DNA from: Akkermansia sp.
GTDB taxonomy: Bacteria; Verrucomicrobiota; Verrucomicrobiia; Limisphaerales; SIBH01
Direction of reading: 5' to 3'
Assembly: GCA_043785945.1 (NCBI GenBank)
Contig: JAYVWQ010000078.1
Location: forward strand, 1 to 33,690
DNA: 33,690 nt
Shown: one piece after another, positions 31,375-33,690 of the stretch
Layout: every line of letters begins with the position of its first letter
How positions within the stretch are numbered: the first letter of the stretch is position 1
The notes under the pieces: model-generated
Told to the model about the DNA's origin: nothing
The model's input: only the letters and a program-made list of their open reading frames with translations
Databases searched by the model: none
Position numbers and translations under genes: made by a program

Positions 31375-33690
31375 ATGCCCACGGAAGCCGATGCCAGAAT
31401 GGTAGTTGACCGCCTCTTGCGCGAGGCGGATTGGGACATTGAAAACAAGTCTGTCGTCTCCACAGAAGAAGCCGCAGCGGACGGACGCGCGGATTACCTC
31501 CTGAAAAGTTCCCGCACCCGGCCCCTGTGTGTCGTCGAGACGAAGCGATTCTCCACTGATCCCTATTCCGCGAAGACGCAGACCAAAGATTACGCCATTG
31601 GCCTCGGCGCTCCGTTCATCATCCTGAGCAACGGGCGCGAGCATTACTTCTGGGATTACGAAAACGGGGACGCCCGGCCCATCCTCGGCTTTCCCACGCA
31701 AGCCGACCTGGAGCGCCGTGCCAATCTCCGGCAGCACCGGCAGGGCGACATTGCCCAATCTCTTCGCGTCATTCCCCTGCCGACGCACTTCCGCTTCAAG
31801 GGCGAAGACGTGGAAGCACGTCCTTACCAACTGGGTTGCCTCAATGCCGCCGACAATGCGCTCATCACAGGCCGTCGGCGGATGCTGTTCGAGAAAGCCA
31901 CCGGCACCGGAAAGACGCTCACCATCGCCATGCTGATGAAGCGATGGTTTCAAGCCGCCGCCGTCTCGCGCGTCCTGTTTCTCGCCGACCGCATTGAACT
32001 GGCGAAGCAGGCCAAGGAAACCTTCGACGATTATCTGCGCGACTACCCGACCACGATTCTCTACGGCGGCAAACGCAGCCTAGAGGGACAAATCGTTGTC
32101 GGCACGCTCGACACGATTGCGGGGCAGCTTGGGCCGGACGGCTTCGGGCACGCCTACTTTGATCTCGTCGTCACCGATGAGTGCCATCGTTCCATCTACA
32201 ACACTCACCGCGCCACGCTTGCGCATTTCGACGCCATCCATATCGGCCTGACCGCCACGCCGAATCCCGGCGAGTTGCATTGGGTGAGCGAACACGAACG
32301 CCAGCTCATCCGCAGCACCTACATGTTCTTTGATTGCTGGGACAGCGCCGCGCAGGAAGGCCGCCCCACCTTCGCCTACACGATTCGTGAGGGCATCCGG
32401 GAAAAGTTCCTCGCCGACTACAAAATCTACTCCGCTGAATCAGTGCTGACTTTCGAGGGCACGGAATGGGAGGAGGAAGAAATCGGCTTCTCCGATTGGG
32501 GACGCACCGCCGAGAGCGAGGACCGGCTCAAGCTCATCATTGACGAATACTTCCGAGTCGAGGAGGAACGCCCGCAGCCGCACCCGCGCAAGACCATCGT
32601 GTTCGCCGTGGGCGAGAGACAGGCCGTGATATTGGAACGCCTGTTCAACCAACTTCTCCCGGATGCCGCCTGCCTGCGCATCGCGCAGCAGACGAACCGT
32701 TCGCCCGCCGAAGTCCGCCAGAGCTTTGCGCAGAAAATCACCTGCTACTCGAACAACGGGAATCCCAAGCCCATCATTGACCGTTTCAAGTTCGACCCGC
32801 TGCCCATCATCGCCATTTCCGTGGACATGCTCGACACCGGCTATGACCACAAAGAGATTGAGAATCTGGTCATGCTCCGGCCCACGACTTCGGCCATCAA
32901 ATACGCGCAGATGCGCGGGCGCGGCAGCCGCCTCTGTCCGCGCATCGGCAAGACCTCGTTCCTGATTTACGATTTCGTCGGCAATCATTCCCGGTTCAAC
33001 GACCCCGGCGCGCAATACCACCAGCCCAAGCAAATCGGACGACGCCCACCGCCCGGCGGGCCGGGGCCAGGGCCAGAACCCGGCCCCGGACCAACGCCAC
33101 CACCGCCGCCCGGCCCGACGCCCCCGCCCCGCGAGTTCACCGTCATCCCGCTCGGCGAGAAGGCGGATGAGATGCGCCGCCGCGAACTCATTCACGTCGG
33201 CCCGGAGGGCATGGCGATTGACCGCAAGACGTATCAAGATAACTGGTTCAAGCAGATTCAGGAATTGCGCGACACCGATCCCGCCGTCCGCAAAATCATG
33301 GCGGGCGAACCCCTGACGGAAAGCGAATGGGAAGAACTCGCGCACAAGCTCAACGCGCCGCAATTCTGGTTCGAGGAATCCGCGCTGCGGAAAGCCTTCG
33401 AGCAACCGTCCGGTTCACTGTCCGATTTCATCCGGGCCGCGCTTGGTTTGTATGAACTGCCCACGCGCCAGCAGCGGGTCGAACGCGCCTTCAATGTTTG
33501 GGTGGCGGAAAATTCCAGCAGCATCAATCCCGATCAGGCCCGGCTCTTGAGCCTGTTGCGCAATGTAGTTTCCGCCACCGTGTCCGAAGCGAAATACGTG
33601 GTGCTCGACCCCAGCATTTTCACCCACCCGCCGTTCACGTTCCAAGGCGGACGCGCCCGCGCCGAAGCCATTTTTGGCCGCGACCGTCTC
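31375..33690 (+). CDS. Type I restriction R-subunit-like protein, EcoEI-like architecture (N-terminal PD-(D/E)xK nuclease, SF2 DEAD/DEAH helicase, EcoEI_R_C-like tail); 3' end cut by the window edge
   Basis: This ORF is absent from the ORF track because it has no stop in the window. My translation from ATG 31375 is open to 33690. It starts MPTEADARMVVDRLLREADWDIE..ADYLL..VVETKR (HsdR_N-type nuclease). Helicase motif I is EKATGTGKT, motif II is VVTDECHRS and motif III is GLTATP. Later motifs are ISVDMLDTGYD and QMRGRGSR. The C-terminal region (..FIRAALGL..) is EcoEI_R_C-like. Confidence 0.85.
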   Translation, partial: MPTEADARMVVDRLLREADWDIENKSVVSTEEAAADGRADYLLKSSRTRPLCVVETKRFSTDPYSAKTQTKDYAIGLGAPFIILSNGREHYFWDYENGDARPILGFPTQADLERRANLRQHRQGDIAQSLRVIPLPTHFRFKGEDVEARPYQLGCLNAADNALITGRRRMLFEKATGTGKTLTIAMLMKRWFQAAAVSRVLFLADRIELAKQAKETFDDYLRDYPTTILYGGKRSLEGQIVVGTLDTIAGQLGPDGFGHAYFDLVVTDECHRSIYNTHRATLAHFDAIHIGLTATPNPGELHWVSEHERQLIRSTYMFFDCWDSAAQEGRPTFAYTIREGIREKFLADYKIYSAESVLTFEGTEWEEEEIGFSDWGRTAESEDRLKLIIDEYFRVEEERPQPHPRKTIVFAVGERQAVILERLFNQLLPDAACLRIAQQTNRSPAEVRQSFAQKITCYSNNGNPKPIIDRFKFDPLPIIAISVDMLDTGYDHKEIENLVMLRPTTSAIKYAQMRGRGSRLCPRIGKTSFLIYDFVGNHSRFNDPGAQYHQPKQIGRRPPPGGPGPGPEPGPGPTPPPPPGPTPPPREFTVIPLGEKADEMRRRELIHVGPEGMAIDRKTYQDNWFKQIQELRDTDPAVRKIMAGEPLTESEWEELAHKLNAPQFWFEESALRKAFEQPSGSLSDFIRAALGLYELPTRQQRVERAFNVWVAENSSSINPDQARLLSLLRNVVSATVSEAKYVVLDPSIFTHPPFTFQGGRARAEAIFGRDRL

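Noticed and set aside
1-33690. Search for CRISPR arrays, rRNA/tRNA genes, transposases, integrases and prophage structural genes
   Set aside because: I saw no regularly spaced direct repeats with unique spacers, no rRNA- or tRNA-like sequence, and no DDE, tyrosine or serine recombinase motifs in any frame. The G-tracts and heptamer repeat are too short and irregular to be CRISPR.

Overview
High-GC bacterial chromosomal segment, most consistent with a PVC-superphylum, Verrucomicrobiota-like genome. Supporting signs are a Tat-signal DUF1501 protein, a giant PSCyt/DUF1592-family protein, lamin-tail-domain exoproteins and a lexA operator TGTTC-N4-GAACA.

Layout:
- 1-1989: 5'-truncated LTD exoprotein.
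- 2094-12004 (minus strand): a DUF1501 gene and a 1434-aa PSCyt/DUF1592-family gene. They are separated by a three-gene cassette with a conflict or mobile flavour: a YhcG/DUF1016 PD-(D/E)xK nuclease, a DUF4041+T5orf172 protein and an unknown partner.
- 12005-13294: about 1.3 kb without a convincing gene. It carries a G12 tract and repeated A/T-rich motifs.
- 13295-14245: DUF72.
- 14264-19616: SOS cassette made of lexA with a perfect operator, one 1437-aa ORF fusing a catalytically intact DinB-like Y-family polymerase to DnaE2, and a tightly coupled 115-aa GIY-YIG protein.
- 19802-30358: the main candidate for a new system. It is a seven-gene, translationally coupled operon (four ATGA overlaps, gaps of 3 nt or less). 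It encodes a double-Zn-ribbon Ras-like GTPase, a protein with a GAP1-like N-terminus plus an Ig domain and a TM helix, a 993-aa helical TM protein, a GYF-domain TM protein, a MotA/ExbB-type channel, and two paralogous ExbD/TolR-like single-pass proteins with a TM aspartate.
- 30654-31238: small hypothetical gene.
- 31375-33690: 3'-truncated EcoEI-like type I R-subunit helicase-nuclease with no M or S genes visible in the window.

I recognised no rRNA, tRNA, CRISPR array, transposase or integrase. Many long ORFs in the track are antisense shadows typical of high-GC DNA.
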